Positions 1-10,137 of a stretch of 64,000 nt of DNA are shown here, in pieces. Both the position numbers and the translations under genes were made by a program. The DNA lies in NCBI GenBank assembly GCA_947466965.1, contig CANIFU010000002.1, positions 85,081-149,080 on the forward strand, read 5' to 3'. This stretch comes from Bacteroidota bacterium (GTDB taxonomy: Bacteria; Bacteroidota; Bacteroidia; 2-12-FULL-35-15). The stretch's first letter is position 1; every line of letters begins with the position of its first letter. The notes beneath the pieces are model-generated. The model was not told where the DNA came from, searched no databases, and saw only the letters and a list, made by a program, of their open reading frames with translations.

Positions 1-2509
1 ACTTGCTTTCCTTTGGTTTGATGATTTTAATTTTTATTTCTTGTTTTTCTTTATCAAAATCAACATCAATAATGTCGCCTTCTGTTAGGTTCGATTTAAT
101 TATTTCTTCTGCCAATGGATCTTCCAAATATTTTTGAATCGCTCGTTTTAAAGGTCGAGCACCAAACTGAACATCATACCCTTTATCTGAAATATAATCT
201 TTTGCTTCTTCCGAAACTTTTATACTATATCCCAATCCATGGATACGGCCGTATAAACTGTTCAATTCAATATCAATGATTTTGTGAATATCATCTCTTG
301 ATAGGGAGTTGAACATAACCACATCATCAATTCGATTTAAAAATTCTGGTGCAAATGCTTTTTTCAAAGCCCCTTCGATAATACCTTTTGAATTTTCATC
401 TTCTACTTCTTTCTTGGCTGAAGTTGTAAATCCTACACCTTGTCCGAAATCTTTTAACTGACGGGCACCAATGTTTGAAGTCATGATGATGATCGTGTTT
501 TTGAAATCGATCTTACGACCCAAACTATCAGTCATCATTCCATCATCCAAAGCTTGTAAAAGTAAGTTAAATACATCTGGATGCGCTTTTTCTATTTCAT
601 CTAACAATATAACTGCATAAGGTCTTCTGCGAACTTTCTCAGTTAATTGTCCGCCTTCTTCATAACCAACATATCCAGGAGGAGCTCCGACCAAGCGGGA
701 TACAGCAAATTTCTCCATATATTCACTCATGTCTATACGAATCAATGCATCGTCATTATCAAACAAATATTTTGATAAGATCTTTGCCAATTGGGTTTTA
801 CCAACACCTGTAGGACCAAGGAAAATGAATGAACCAATTGGCTTATTGGGATCTTTTAATCCGGCACGGTTTCGTTGAATCGCCTTTACCACTTTTCTAA
901 CTGCTTCATCCTGCCCGATTACTTTACCTTGTAAAAGTTCAGCCATTTTGATCAGTTTATCGCCTTCATTTTGTGCAATACGTTGAACAGGCACACCAGT
1001 CATCATGGCAACCACCTCAGCAACATTGTCTTCACTCACCATCTCGCGGTGTGTTTTGCTTTCTTCTTCCCACGTCTTTTTAGCAGCGTCTAATTCTTCC
1101 AATAAAGTGCGTTCTGTGTCGCGCAAACGAGCAGCTTCTTCATATTTCTGAGATCGCACAACTTTATTTTTTTCTTCTTTGATGTCTTCCAGCTTTTTCT
1201 CGATCTCAACAATATTCTTTGGGACATTAATATTTGTTATATGAACACGAGAGCCCGATTCATCCAACGCATCTATCGCTTTGTCTGGTAGGTGACGATC
1301 AGTAATGTATCTGGCAGTTAAAGTAACACAGGCTTTAATAGCTTCATCGGTATAGGTAACATTATGATGATCCTCGTATTTAGATTTGATATTGTTTAGG
1401 ATCTGAATCGTTTCTTCAGGTGTAGCAGGTTCAACAATTACCTTCTGGAAACGTCTTTCAAGAGCGCCATCTTTTTCTATGTATTGACGGTACTCATCTA
1501 ATGTAGTGGCACCGATACATTGAATTTCTCCACGAGCCAATGCTGGTTTAAACATGTTTGAAGCATCCAAAGAACCAGAAGCGCCACCCGCACCAATTAT
1601 AGTATGAATCTCATCAATGAAAAGAATCACATCTGGCGATTTTTCAAGCTCATTCATAACGGCTTTCATACGCTCTTCAAACTGCCCGCGATATTTAGTG
1701 CCGGCAACCAAAGAAGCAAGGTCTAATGTAACAACACGTTTACCGAACAATACACGGGAAACTTTGCGCTGAACAATACGCAAAGCTAATCCTTCGGCAA
1801 TGGCAGATTTACCAACACCAGGCTCACCAATTAGAATCGGATTATTTTTCTTTCTACGTGATAAGATCTGAGAAACGCGCTCAATTTCTTTTTCGCGACC
1901 AACTATAGGATCTAATTTACCTTCTTCAGCTGCTTTTGTTAAATCGCGGCCGAAATTATCCAAAACAGGAGTTTTCGACTTGCTATCAACAGGTTTTTTT
2001 GAGCTGCTTGCGTTAAACTGGTCCTCATCCGCATCATCATCAGATGGTGCACCCGGAAATTCTGCTTTCGGATCTGATTTTGATAATTCTAGTTCGCTTT
2101 TCATAATTTCGTAGTCAACTTTATATTTATGTAATGATTTTGTAGCAACATTATCTTCATCCTTTAATATAGACAGGATTAAATGCTCCGTTCCAATTAC
2201 GGCACTTTTAAAAAGTTTAGCTTCCAGATAGGTTATTTTCAAAGCTCTTTCAGCTTGTTTCATTAATGGGATGTTCGCTAAATTACTAACCTTGTGGTTA
2301 CCAGTTCCAATGGACTGTTCAACTGTTTTACGTAATTCTTGTAAATCAACATTCAGCGATTTTAATAAACGAACAGCAGTGCCTTCGCCCTCACGGATAA
2401 TCCCTAGCAATAAATGTTCAGTCCCGATATAATCGTGGCCCAAACGAAGTGCTTCCTCTCTGCTGTATGTGATTACATCCTTTACTCTTGGTGAAAATTT
2501 AGCTTCCAT
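1..2509 (-). CDS. clpC: ATP-dependent Clp protease ATP-binding subunit ClpC (3' end runs off the window)
   Basis: Minus-strand translation from ATG 2509: [35 protein letters not shown] (Clp N domain). Two AAA+ modules with GEPGVGKS and [10 protein letters not shown]. No stop inside the window, so it is absent from the ORF track. Confidence 0.95.
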   Translation of the reverse strand, partial: MEAKFSPRVKDVITYSREEALRLGHDYIGTEHLLLGIIREGEGTAVRLLKSLNVDLQELRKTVEQSIGTGNHKVSNLANIPLMKQAERALKITYLEAKLFKSAVIGTEHLILSILKDEDNVATKSLHKYKVDYEIMKSELELSKSDPKAEFPGAPSDDDADEDQFNASSSKKPVDSKSKTPVLDNFGRDLTKAAEEGKLDPIVGREKEIERVSQILSRRKKNNPILIGEPGVGKSAIAEGLALRIVQRKVSRVLFGKRVVTLDLASLVAGTKYRGQFEERMKAVMNELEKSPDVILFIDEIHTIIGAGGASGSLDASNMFKPALARGEIQCIGATTLDEYRQYIEKDGALERRFQKVIVEPATPEETIQILNNIKSKYEDHHNVTYTDEAIKACVTLTARYITDRHLPDKAIDALDESGSRVHITNINVPKNIVEIEKKLEDIKEEKNKVVRSQKYEEAARLRDTERTLLEELDAAKKTWEEESKTHREMVSEDNVAEVVAMMTGVPVQRIAQNEGDKLIKMAELLQGKVIGQDEAVRKVVKAIQRNRAGLKDPNKPIGSFIFLGPTGVGKTQLAKILSKYLFDNDDALIRIDMSEYMEKFAVSRLVGAPPGYVGYEEGGQLTEKVRRRPYAVILLDEIEKAHPDVFNLLLQALDDGMMTDSLGRKIDFKNTIIIMTSNIGARQLKDFGQGVGFTTSAKKEVEDENSKGIIEGALKKAFAPEFLNRIDDVVMFNSLSRDDIHKIIDIELNSLYGRIHGLGYSIKVSEEAKDYISDKGYDVQFGARPLKRAIQKYLEDPLAEEIIKSNLTEGDIIDVDFDKEKQEIKIKIIKPKESK

Positions 2510-2835
2510 AATGCATTAATTTAATTGTTTACTTAAACGATACTGTTACTCAAGAGTTACTCTTTTCCACCCAATATTATAGTTTCAAGTGTATTATCAA
2601 AAGTAATTACTCCATTTAAAGTTGACTTCACACTTACTTTAATTTTATTAACAAAAAAACTGTTAATATGTTAATAATTTAACGCTCAAAATCGGTTTTA
2701 TCTTCTGTATTATAAGTATTTTCGAACCTCTTAAAAACACAAGTGAAATATCAAGTATTGTGCTAAAAATAAAGCATGACAATACTTCATAAAAAAGAGC
2801 AGAAATAAGTAATAAAAAAATAGAAAAACGAAATT

Positions 2836-5415
2836 ATGGCAGACGGAGAAAAAATTATTCAGATCAACATTGAAGAAGAAATGAAATCGGCTTACATCGA
2901 TTATTCGATGTCTGTTATCGTTTCACGTGCATTACCTGATGTGCGCGATGGTTTTAAACCGGTTCACAGACGCGTTCTATATGGCATGCTTGATTTGGGT
3001 GTTATGTCTAATAAGCCTCACAAAAAATCGGCCCGTATCGTTGGGGAGGTGTTAGGTAAGTATCACCCACACGGCGATACGTCCGTATATGACGCGATGG
3101 TTCGTATGGCTCAGGATTGGAGTTTGCGTTACCCTTTGGTAGACGGACAAGGTAATTATGGTTCTGTTGATGGTGATAGTCCGGCCGCAATGCGTTATAC
3201 CGAAGCTCGTCTGAAAAAGATCGCTGAAGAAATGCTTGCTGACATAGAAAAAGATACTGTTGACTTTCGTCCCAATTTCGATGACTCACTCGAAGAGCCA
3301 ACGGTTTTGCCAACGAAGATTCCGAATTTATTGATCAACGGTGCTTCCGGAATTGCAGTAGGTATGGCAACGAATATGCCCCCACATAACTTAACGGAGA
3401 TCATAAATGCAACGGTTGCTTATATTGATAATAGAGAAATTGATATTGCCGGAATCATGCAATATGTAAAAGCTCCCGATTTCCCTACAGGTGGAATTAT
3501 CTATGGTTACGAAGGTGTAAAGGATGCTTTTGAGACCGGTAGAGGCCGCATTGTGATGCGTGCCAAAACAAATGTGGAAATAACGGATGCTGGCAGAGAA
3601 CGCATTATTGTAAATGAAATCCCATACCAGGTGAACAAAGCGGAGATGATCCGTAAAACAGCTGACCTGATCAACGACAAAAAGATAGAAGGAATTTCTG
3701 ATATTCGTGATGAATCAGATAGAGATGGAATGCGCATCGTTTATGAAATCAAGCGCGATGCGATTACCAATGTGGTTTTGAATAACCTCTTCAAATATAC
3801 GGAGCTGCAAACATCTTTTAGTGTCAATAATATCGCTTTGGTGGGTGGCCGTCCGATGATGCTGAACATCAAAGATATGATCGTTCATTTTGTGGCTCAT
3901 CGTCATGAAGTAATCGTTCGCAGAACAAAGTATGAGTTGATGCAAGCCGAAAAGCGCGCACATATTCTTCAGGGATATTTGATAGCTTTAGATCATTTAG
4001 ATGAAGTTATTAAATTAATCCGTGCTGCTGCAACTCCTCAGGAAGCGCAGGATGGTTTGATGAGTGGGTTTGGTTTAAGCGAAATTCAAGCGAAAGCAAT
4101 ACTTGAAATGCGCTTACGTGTACTTACTGGTTTAGAGAGAGATAAGATAAAAGAAGAGTTCAATGCCTTGATGGAATTGATCAAGCATTTAAGAGAAGTG
4201 TTAGATGATGAAACATTAAGAATGGGAATCATCAAAGGGGAGTTAATTGAGATGAAAGATAAGTATGGTGATGAGCGTAAAACAGAGGTTGTTTATGCTT
4301 CCGGAGATTTCAGAATGGAAGATATGATTGCTGATGAAGATGTGGTGATCACAATTTCTCATATGGGCTATATCAAACGTACCGCTTTAAGTGAGTACCG
4401 TACCCAAGCCCGTGGCGGAAAAGGTGCGAAAGGAAGTACCACCCGCGATGAAGATTTTATTGAACATTTATTCATTGCCTCCACCCATAATTATTTGTTA
4501 CTGTTCACCGAACAAGGAAGATGTTTCTGGATGCGTGCATTTGAAGTTCCGGAAGGTACAAGAATCTCCAAAGGACGTGCGATCCAAAATATGATTAATA
4601 TTCCGAGTGACGATAAGGTAAAAGCATATATCAATGTGAAAGACCTTACAGATGCTGATTACATCGCGAACAACTTTATTATCATGTGTACGAAGAATGG
4701 AATCATTAAGAAAACGACTCTGGAAGCATATTCCCGTCCGCGTCAGAATGGTATCAATGCAATTACAGTAAGAGAAGGCGATACCTTATTAGAAGTATTA
4801 CTTACAAATGGTACCAATGAGATCATGTTGGCTTCAAAAGCCGGAAAAGTGGTTCGATTCAACGAGGCGAATGTTCGTCCAATGGGTCGTAATGCATCCG
4901 GAGTAAGAGGGATCAATCTGGGCGATGAAAAAGGAAATGAAGTGGTTGGTATGATCGCCATGCCTGATCAGACAAGTAATGTAATGGTGGTTTCTGAAAA
5001 AGGATACGGAAAACGTTCTGAAATTGAGGAATACCGTGTTACAAAACGTGGTGGAAAAGGAGTAAAAACCATTAATATTACAGAAAAAACAGGTAATCTG
5101 ATCGCTATTAAAGATGTAACTGATAAAGATGGCTTGATGATAATCAATAAATCTGGAATCATTATCCGTCTTGCTATCTCCGAATTACGCGTTATTGGCC
5201 GTGCTACTCAGGGTGTTCGCTTGATCAATATGAAAGAAACGGACGAGATTGCCGCGGTAAGTAAAGTAGAAGTAGAGGTAGAGGAAGTAATTGAAACGGA
5301 TGATACCCTTTCTTCAGAAAATCCAATTGGAGAAAATGGAAATGATAGCCCTGGTGCGTCTTTAGGTAATACCGAAAATGATGGCAAGGAACTTGATACT
5401 CCTGAAACCGAATAA
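2836..5415 (+). CDS. gyrA: DNA gyrase subunit A
   Basis: [28 protein letters not shown] (QRDR), [10 protein letters not shown] with the catalytic Tyr, GyrA-box-like QARGGKG, C-terminal beta-pinwheel repeats. Confidence 0.98.
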   Translation: MADGEKIIQINIEEEMKSAYIDYSMSVIVSRALPDVRDGFKPVHRRVLYGMLDLGVMSNKPHKKSARIVGEVLGKYHPHGDTSVYDAMVRMAQDWSLRYPLVDGQGNYGSVDGDSPAAMRYTEARLKKIAEEMLADIEKDTVDFRPNFDDSLEEPTVLPTKIPNLLINGASGIAVGMATNMPPHNLTEIINATVAYIDNREIDIAGIMQYVKAPDFPTGGIIYGYEGVKDAFETGRGRIVMRAKTNVEITDAGRERIIVNEIPYQVNKAEMIRKTADLINDKKIEGISDIRDESDRDGMRIVYEIKRDAITNVVLNNLFKYTELQTSFSVNNIALVGGRPMMLNIKDMIVHFVAHRHEVIVRRTKYELMQAEKRAHILQGYLIALDHLDEVIKLIRAAATPQEAQDGLMSGFGLSEIQAKAILEMRLRVLTGLERDKIKEEFNALMELIKHLREVLDDETLRMGIIKGELIEMKDKYGDERKTEVVYASGDFRMEDMIADEDVVITISHMGYIKRTALSEYRTQARGGKGAKGSTTRDEDFIEHLFIASTHNYLLLFTEQGRCFWMRAFEVPEGTRISKGRAIQNMINIPSDDKVKAYINVKDLTDADYIANNFIIMCTKNGIIKKTTLEAYSRPRQNGINAITVREGDTLLEVLLTNGTNEIMLASKAGKVVRFNEANVRPMGRNASGVRGINLGDEKGNEVVGMIAMPDQTSNVMVVSEKGYGKRSEIEEYRVTKRGGKGVKTINITEKTGNLIAIKDVTDKDGLMIINKSGIIIRLAISELRVIGRATQGVRLINMKETDEIAAVSKVEVEVEEVIETDDTLSSENPIGENGNDSPGASLGNTENDGKELDTPETE

Positions 5416-5417
5416 AC

Positions 5418-5465
5418 CTCAACCCTAAATCCCCTCACCAAAGTGGAGAGGGGGCGATAGGTGAG
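5418..5465 (+). repeat. Palindromic element/hairpin after gyrA (CCCCTCACCA-AAG-TGGAGAGGGG)
   Basis: GC-rich stem at about 5431-5453 with outer CTCAACC...GGTGAG arms. No U-tract, so REP-like rather than a classic terminator. Confidence 0.5.
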
Positions 5466-5541
5466 AAGCTAATAAAAAAAATAAAATATTTATGAAATGT
5501 CTTGCATTCATGAATACATAAAAAATTAAAAAAAAGAAATT

Positions 5542-6804
5542 ATGAGTAAAAAAACAGTCATCTTTTTTATTGCAACAGCCTTTGCTATTAATGGTTTTGC
5601 GCAAAATGTAAAAATTGTAAACGCGAAAAATTATTTGCGTGATTTTAGTGAATCAAAGGATATGGAGTCGCTGAACAAAGCAAAAGAGAATATTGATCTT
5701 GCTGCAGCTCATCCCGATACAAAGGAACAGGCTAAAACGCAGACATTAAAGGCGCAGGTTTACATGACGATTTTCGAAAACAGTTTACGTTTGGAAACTG
5801 AAAAGTTGATGACCGTAATCACTGATCCGAACAAGCGTAACCTTGCAGCTTACCAAGCAGCTTCTTCTGCTCCTTTAGCTGAAGCTTATGCTGGATGCCT
5901 TGCTTCAAAAACCTTTGATACCAAAGGGAATTACACATCTGAAGTGAATTCTTATATCGCCAAAATTGCATCTCATTATGAGAATAAAGCAATAGCGGAT
6001 TACAATGCAAAAAAATTCGCGGATGCATTGCCTTCATTTGAAAAGGCATACGAAATCAATGGTGCTAAAGATACAACCACTCTTGGGAATTGTGCTTTAG
6101 TGGCTGACAGAGCAGCAATCTTCGATAAAGCAAAGCTGTATTACCAAAAGATGATTGACAACAAGCAAGGTCTTGGAAATACTTATTCTTCATTGGTTAA
6201 CGTTTGCCTGATGATGAAAGACAGTGTTGGGGCAATGGAGATCTTGAAAAAAGGCAGAACAGCTTATCCGAACGATATCAATCTGGTGATCACTGAAACA
6301 AACTATTTCCTGAAAACAAACAACAGTAAGGAAGCATTAAACAATCTAAATATTGCTATTGGAGCTAAACCAACTGATGCGAATTTGTATCTGGTGAGAG
6401 GGAATATCTATGATAACCTTGCTAATCCGAAAGATGCAAGCAATAAGGATATGGAGAAACCAAAGGAGTATGATAACCTAATGAAATCTGCTGAAACAGA
6501 TTATAAAAAGGCAATTGAACTAAAACCTGATTATTTTGATGCTTTGTATAATTTAGGCGTATTGTATAATAATCATGGAGTTGTTTTAAATAAGATCGCT
6601 GATCAGATAACTGATAATGCAAAATATAAAACTGCAAACGATTTAGCTTTAGCTAAATTTACGAATGCTTTACCGGTTTTAGAAAAAGCATTGGAGCTCA
6701 ACCCGAAAGACAAAAATACAATGTTTGCTTTAAAGCAAATTTATGCACGTACACAACAACCCGATAAAGTGAAAGAAATAAATGAGAGATTGAAGAATAA
6801 CTAA
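5542..6804 (+). CDS. Exported tetratricopeptide-repeat protein
   Basis: Signal peptide ending AFAINGFAQ, several TPR motifs (e.g. YKKAIELKPDYFDALYNLGVLY). A TPR gene after gyrA is a common Bacteroidota arrangement. Confidence 0.9.
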   Translation: MSKKTVIFFIATAFAINGFAQNVKIVNAKNYLRDFSESKDMESLNKAKENIDLAAAHPDTKEQAKTQTLKAQVYMTIFENSLRLETEKLMTVITDPNKRNLAAYQAASSAPLAEAYAGCLASKTFDTKGNYTSEVNSYIAKIASHYENKAIADYNAKKFADALPSFEKAYEINGAKDTTTLGNCALVADRAAIFDKAKLYYQKMIDNKQGLGNTYSSLVNVCLMMKDSVGAMEILKKGRTAYPNDINLVITETNYFLKTNNSKEALNNLNIAIGAKPTDANLYLVRGNIYDNLANPKDASNKDMEKPKEYDNLMKSAETDYKKAIELKPDYFDALYNLGVLYNNHGVVLNKIADQITDNAKYKTANDLALAKFTNALPVLEKALELNPKDKNTMFALKQIYARTQQPDKVKEINERLKNN

Positions 6805-6830
6805 GGCTTCCACCTAGTTATGATTCATAA

Positions 6831-6864
6831 AGCGGAGAGGTCGAAAGATCTTTCCGTTTTTTTT
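6831..6864 (+). terminator. Intrinsic terminator
   Basis: AGCGGAGAGGTC-GAAA-GATCTTTCCGTT stem-loop followed by a T run. Confidence 0.75.
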
Positions 6865-6960
6865 GAATTTTATTGAAGGTTTTGATTGTAATTTATAGTG
6901 AAATAGTAGATAGAGAGATTTGATGTTTATTGTATTCATTAGTAGGTAATCCTTTTAGCT

Positions 6961-6988
6961 ACTTAACATAATATTAATTATAAGACAA
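6961..6988 (-). other. dif-like XerCD recombination site
   Basis: Minus strand reads TTGTCTTATAA-TTAATA-TTATGTTAAGT, an 11-6-11 layout. The right arm matches the canonical XerD arm TTATGTTAAAT at 10/11. It is intergenic, between convergent genes. Confidence 0.8.
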
Positions 6989-7074
6989 ATGCTTGTCAGA
7001 GAATATGGTTTTAACTGAGAATTATATAGAAAATGTTCTTATAAAACGCTCTTGAGCAAATATCATTAAAAGGA

Positions 7075-8610
7075 TTATTCTTCTTCGTTTGAGAACGTAT
7101 ATTTTTGATTCAGGCAAAGACTTAGTTTTCTCTTGTAATCATCCTGAAGCCATTTCACATAATTGTCGGTACTCTTGCAAATACAATAGGAAAATTTTTT
7201 TACGCGGTATTCAATGTCTTTGTCTAAAAGTTTAGCCAATTCTGCAGCATCAAAATAATCTTCGCTGTTTTCTGCGCAAATTCTGGCGTGTTGCTCGATC
7301 GATCTTTCTATCGCTACTTTAGGTCTTAAGCCTTGTTTTGCTACCAAAGCGTATTCATCCTTCATATTGAAGTCGATGTTTTCCGATTTGCTGAATTTAG
7401 CCCTTAGATCGGCCGGCATTTTATAGGTGAACTGGCGCTCAATTTCCTGGTCATTCCAGAGGCTTTCCAGGTAAAAATCCGGGGAACGGAAAATGTCGTG
7501 CCAATTGATATACGATTCCCACAAGCCAAAACGTGCGGCATTGTTTCCAAGATCTATAACGTCAAATGTCGATTTATTAGGTAATATGCGAGAACCGCGT
7601 CCAATCATCTGGTGGTATAATGTCAGGGATTTGGTTGCACGGTTGATGATAATGGTTTCTACTGTTGGCTCATCAAAACCGGTCGTAAGGATCCCCACAG
7701 ATGTTAAGATTGCATCCGGCTTTGTTTTGAACCACAACAATATTTCCCTGCGTTCCTGCTCTGTATTAGTATTGTCTAAGTGTCGAATCTCGTATCCTGC
7801 AGCCGTAAAAAGTGAATATACATGCCGTGAGGTATTGATCCCGTTATTAAAGATTAGGGTTTTTTTACCTTTTGATTGTTCTTCATAAGCACCAACCAAT
7901 TTCTCCTGCATCAGGTAATTGGTATATAATCTATCCGATGAACTAACGGTGTAGTCACCGTCGATACCTACTTTTAATGAACCCAGATTAACATCGTAGC
8001 AGTGCGTTGCTGCTTTTGACAAGAATCCCTTTTCTATCAATGATGCGATGGAATGCCCGACAATCAGTTCGTTGTAGGTTTCCTTCATCGGGAGTTTTAT
8101 GTTTGAACTTAAAGGCGTTGCCGTCACGCCCAAGATCACACTGCTTTCTAGAAATTTAAATAGTTTTTTGAAGGAATTGTAATGTGCTTCATCAATGATC
8201 ACTAGTCCAACTTGTTCGACTTCTAGTTTTTCGTCTTGAAGCCGGTTATTCAGTGTTTCCACCATTGCGACAAAACACTTGAAATCATCCTGATCTGGAA
8301 GTGTTTTTACCTTACTGTCGATGATCTTATTTTGGACACCAAATTCGTTGAGCATATTCGACGTTTGTGAACAAAGCTCAATCCTGTGCGTCAATATCAA
8401 TACTTTTTTTCCTGTTTCTTTAATATAACGTTTTGCTATTTCAGAGAAGATAACAGTTTTTCCACCGCCTGTTGGCAGCTGATAAAGGAGATTGTATTTT
8501 TCGGTGTGATTGTTTATGCGCTCAAAGATCTTGTCTATGGCATCCTGCTGGTAGTCGTAAAGCTCCTTCCCTATTTTCTTTTCCTCTATTTCTGCAGACT
8601 CTAATGTCAT
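7075..8610 (-). CDS. SF2 DEAD/DEAH-box helicase (ResIII/RadD-like)
   Basis: LPTGGGKT, IIDEAH, LGVTATP, LTTGFDEP, QMIGRGSR. Start placed at MTLESAE (8610), downstream of a TATTTTTG promoter at 8636-8643. The longer ORF-track start reads through a repeat element. Confidence 0.88.
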   Translation of the reverse strand: MTLESAEIEEKKIGKELYDYQQDAIDKIFERINNHTEKYNLLYQLPTGGGKTVIFSEIAKRYIKETGKKVLILTHRIELCSQTSNMLNEFGVQNKIIDSKVKTLPDQDDFKCFVAMVETLNNRLQDEKLEVEQVGLVIIDEAHYNSFKKLFKFLESSVILGVTATPLSSNIKLPMKETYNELIVGHSIASLIEKGFLSKAATHCYDVNLGSLKVGIDGDYTVSSSDRLYTNYLMQEKLVGAYEEQSKGKKTLIFNNGINTSRHVYSLFTAAGYEIRHLDNTNTEQERREILLWFKTKPDAILTSVGILTTGFDEPTVETIIINRATKSLTLYHQMIGRGSRILPNKSTFDVIDLGNNAARFGLWESYINWHDIFRSPDFYLESLWNDQEIERQFTYKMPADLRAKFSKSENIDFNMKDEYALVAKQGLRPKVAIERSIEQHARICAENSEDYFDAAELAKLLDKDIEYRVKKFSYCICKSTDNYVKWLQDDYKRKLSLCLNQKYTFSNEEE

Positions 8611-8733
8611 AATTTTCTTCGATTTCGAAATCTTGCAAAAATAGTCAATTGTTAGGTTGAATGAAAATTCTAGAGGAGAAAAATATTTTTTAATTGAAGA
8701 ATTTTCATTGGAGCAACTGCCACTCTTTTTTTT

Positions 8734-8822
8734 GTCACTTCGAGTATTCTGCTTTATCGAGAAGTTCCAGTTGGAGACCATAATCCTCGATAATGAGATC
8801 CCGTGTCGTGGCACGGGATGAC
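8734..8822. repeat. Bipartite palindromic (REP/RPE-like) element, copy 1
   Basis: Begins GTCACTTCGAG...TCGAGAAG and ends GAGATCCCGTGTCGTGGCACGGGATGAC. The 28-bp end matches 42961-42988 at 25/28. Confidence 0.7.
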
Positions 8823-8850
8823 GCTTACGAGTTAGAATGTGCTTATTAAT

Positions 8851-9975
8851 TTACCCTCTGCGGATTTTTTGAATCTGAATTTTTAATTCATTTTCAATTG
8901 TCTTTAATCGTCCCATCTCTGAGCTTGTAACCAAACTTATTGAAAGACCTTTTTTTCCAGCACGACCAGTTCGTCCACTTCTATGAGTATAATATTCTAG
9001 CTGTTCAGGTAGTTGATAGTGAATTACATACTGAAGGTTATCTACATCAATACCTCGAGCAGCCATATCGGTTGCGACAAGTATCTGAAGCTTCTCATTT
9101 TTAAAAGCGCGCATTACTTTTTCACGGTCACGTTGTTGCAAATCACCATGAATTGCTTCTGCGGAATGGTTGCGTGCGATCAGTTGTTTGGCCAACGATT
9201 GGGTGCCGTCTTTTGTCTTACAAAATACAATTCCTCTTCCTTTGCCTTGCGTTCTTAAAAATTCAAGCAAGGTATTTAACTTGTCTTTCGTGTCTATACA
9301 TTGAACATATTGGTGTTCGATATCACGGTTGACAATATTTTTTACATCCACTTCTACTTTAAAAGAATCTTCATCCATATAAGAACGAATGATCTCTTTT
9401 AAGGAGTCGGGAATGGTGGCGGAAAACAACCAGGTAAACCGTTGTCCGTTTGTTTGTTCCAATATTGTATCAATGCTTGCTTTAAAACCCATGCTCAGCA
9501 TTTCGTCAGCCTCATCCAGCACAATTGTTTTTACATCCTTTAAACTGAGGGCTTTCCGCTCTAATAAATCAATCAATCGTCCGGGAGTTGCTACTACTAT
9601 ATGTGTAGGACGACTCAGATTTCTGATTTGAATTTCGATGGGTTCGCCACCATAAACAGATTCTACAAATATGCGGTTGGGATTGTATCGGGCAACACGG
9701 AACAATTGTTTCGCGATCTGTTGTCCTAATTCACGTGTCGGACATAATACCAATGCCTGAACAGATGAACTGCTTGTATCAATTTTTTGTAATAAAGGCA
9801 AGCCGAAAGCCATTGTTTTTCCTGTACCTGTCTGCGCCTGCCCGATAAAATCAAATCCTTCTTTTAATAAAAACGGGATCGATTTTGTTTGAATTTCTGT
9901 CGGGTCAAAAATATTATTTTCAATCAGACCTTTGATTAATGCTTCTGATACGCCAAGTTCGGAGAATGTTGCCAA
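8851..9975 (-). CDS. DEAD-box RNA helicase (minimal two-RecA-domain core)
   Basis: Q motif (FSELG...PTEIQ), AQTGTGKT, PTRELG, TPGRL, LDEADEML, SAT, ARGID, HRSGRTGRAG. TTG start after an A-tract; TATCTTTG promoter at 9998-10005. Confidence 0.93.
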   Translation of the reverse strand: MATFSELGVSEALIKGLIENNIFDPTEIQTKSIPFLLKEGFDFIGQAQTGTGKTMAFGLPLLQKIDTSSSSVQALVLCPTRELGQQIAKQLFRVARYNPNRIFVESVYGGEPIEIQIRNLSRPTHIVVATPGRLIDLLERKALSLKDVKTIVLDEADEMLSMGFKASIDTILEQTNGQRFTWLFSATIPDSLKEIIRSYMDEDSFKVEVDVKNIVNRDIEHQYVQCIDTKDKLNTLLEFLRTQGKGRGIVFCKTKDGTQSLAKQLIARNHSAEAIHGDLQQRDREKVMRAFKNEKLQILVATDMAARGIDVDNLQYVIHYQLPEQLEYYTHRSGRTGRAGKKGLSISLVTSSEMGRLKTIENELKIQIQKIRRG

Positions 9976-10137
9976 TTTTTTTTTGTTAAATGAACTGCAA
10001 AGATACTTGAATTATTGAGAATGCATTCCCAGCAGTTTGGCTGTTGCAGCTGCTCCCTGTCAGATTTTAAATATATCATTGTTCTGCTACTCTTAATTTC
10101 ATACATTTACACAACGTTACATTAAAAATACAGATCA

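Noticed and set aside
7075-8610. Restriction/defence system
   Set aside because: The ResIII-like helicase has no evident nuclease domain and no neighbouring methyltransferase or defence genes.
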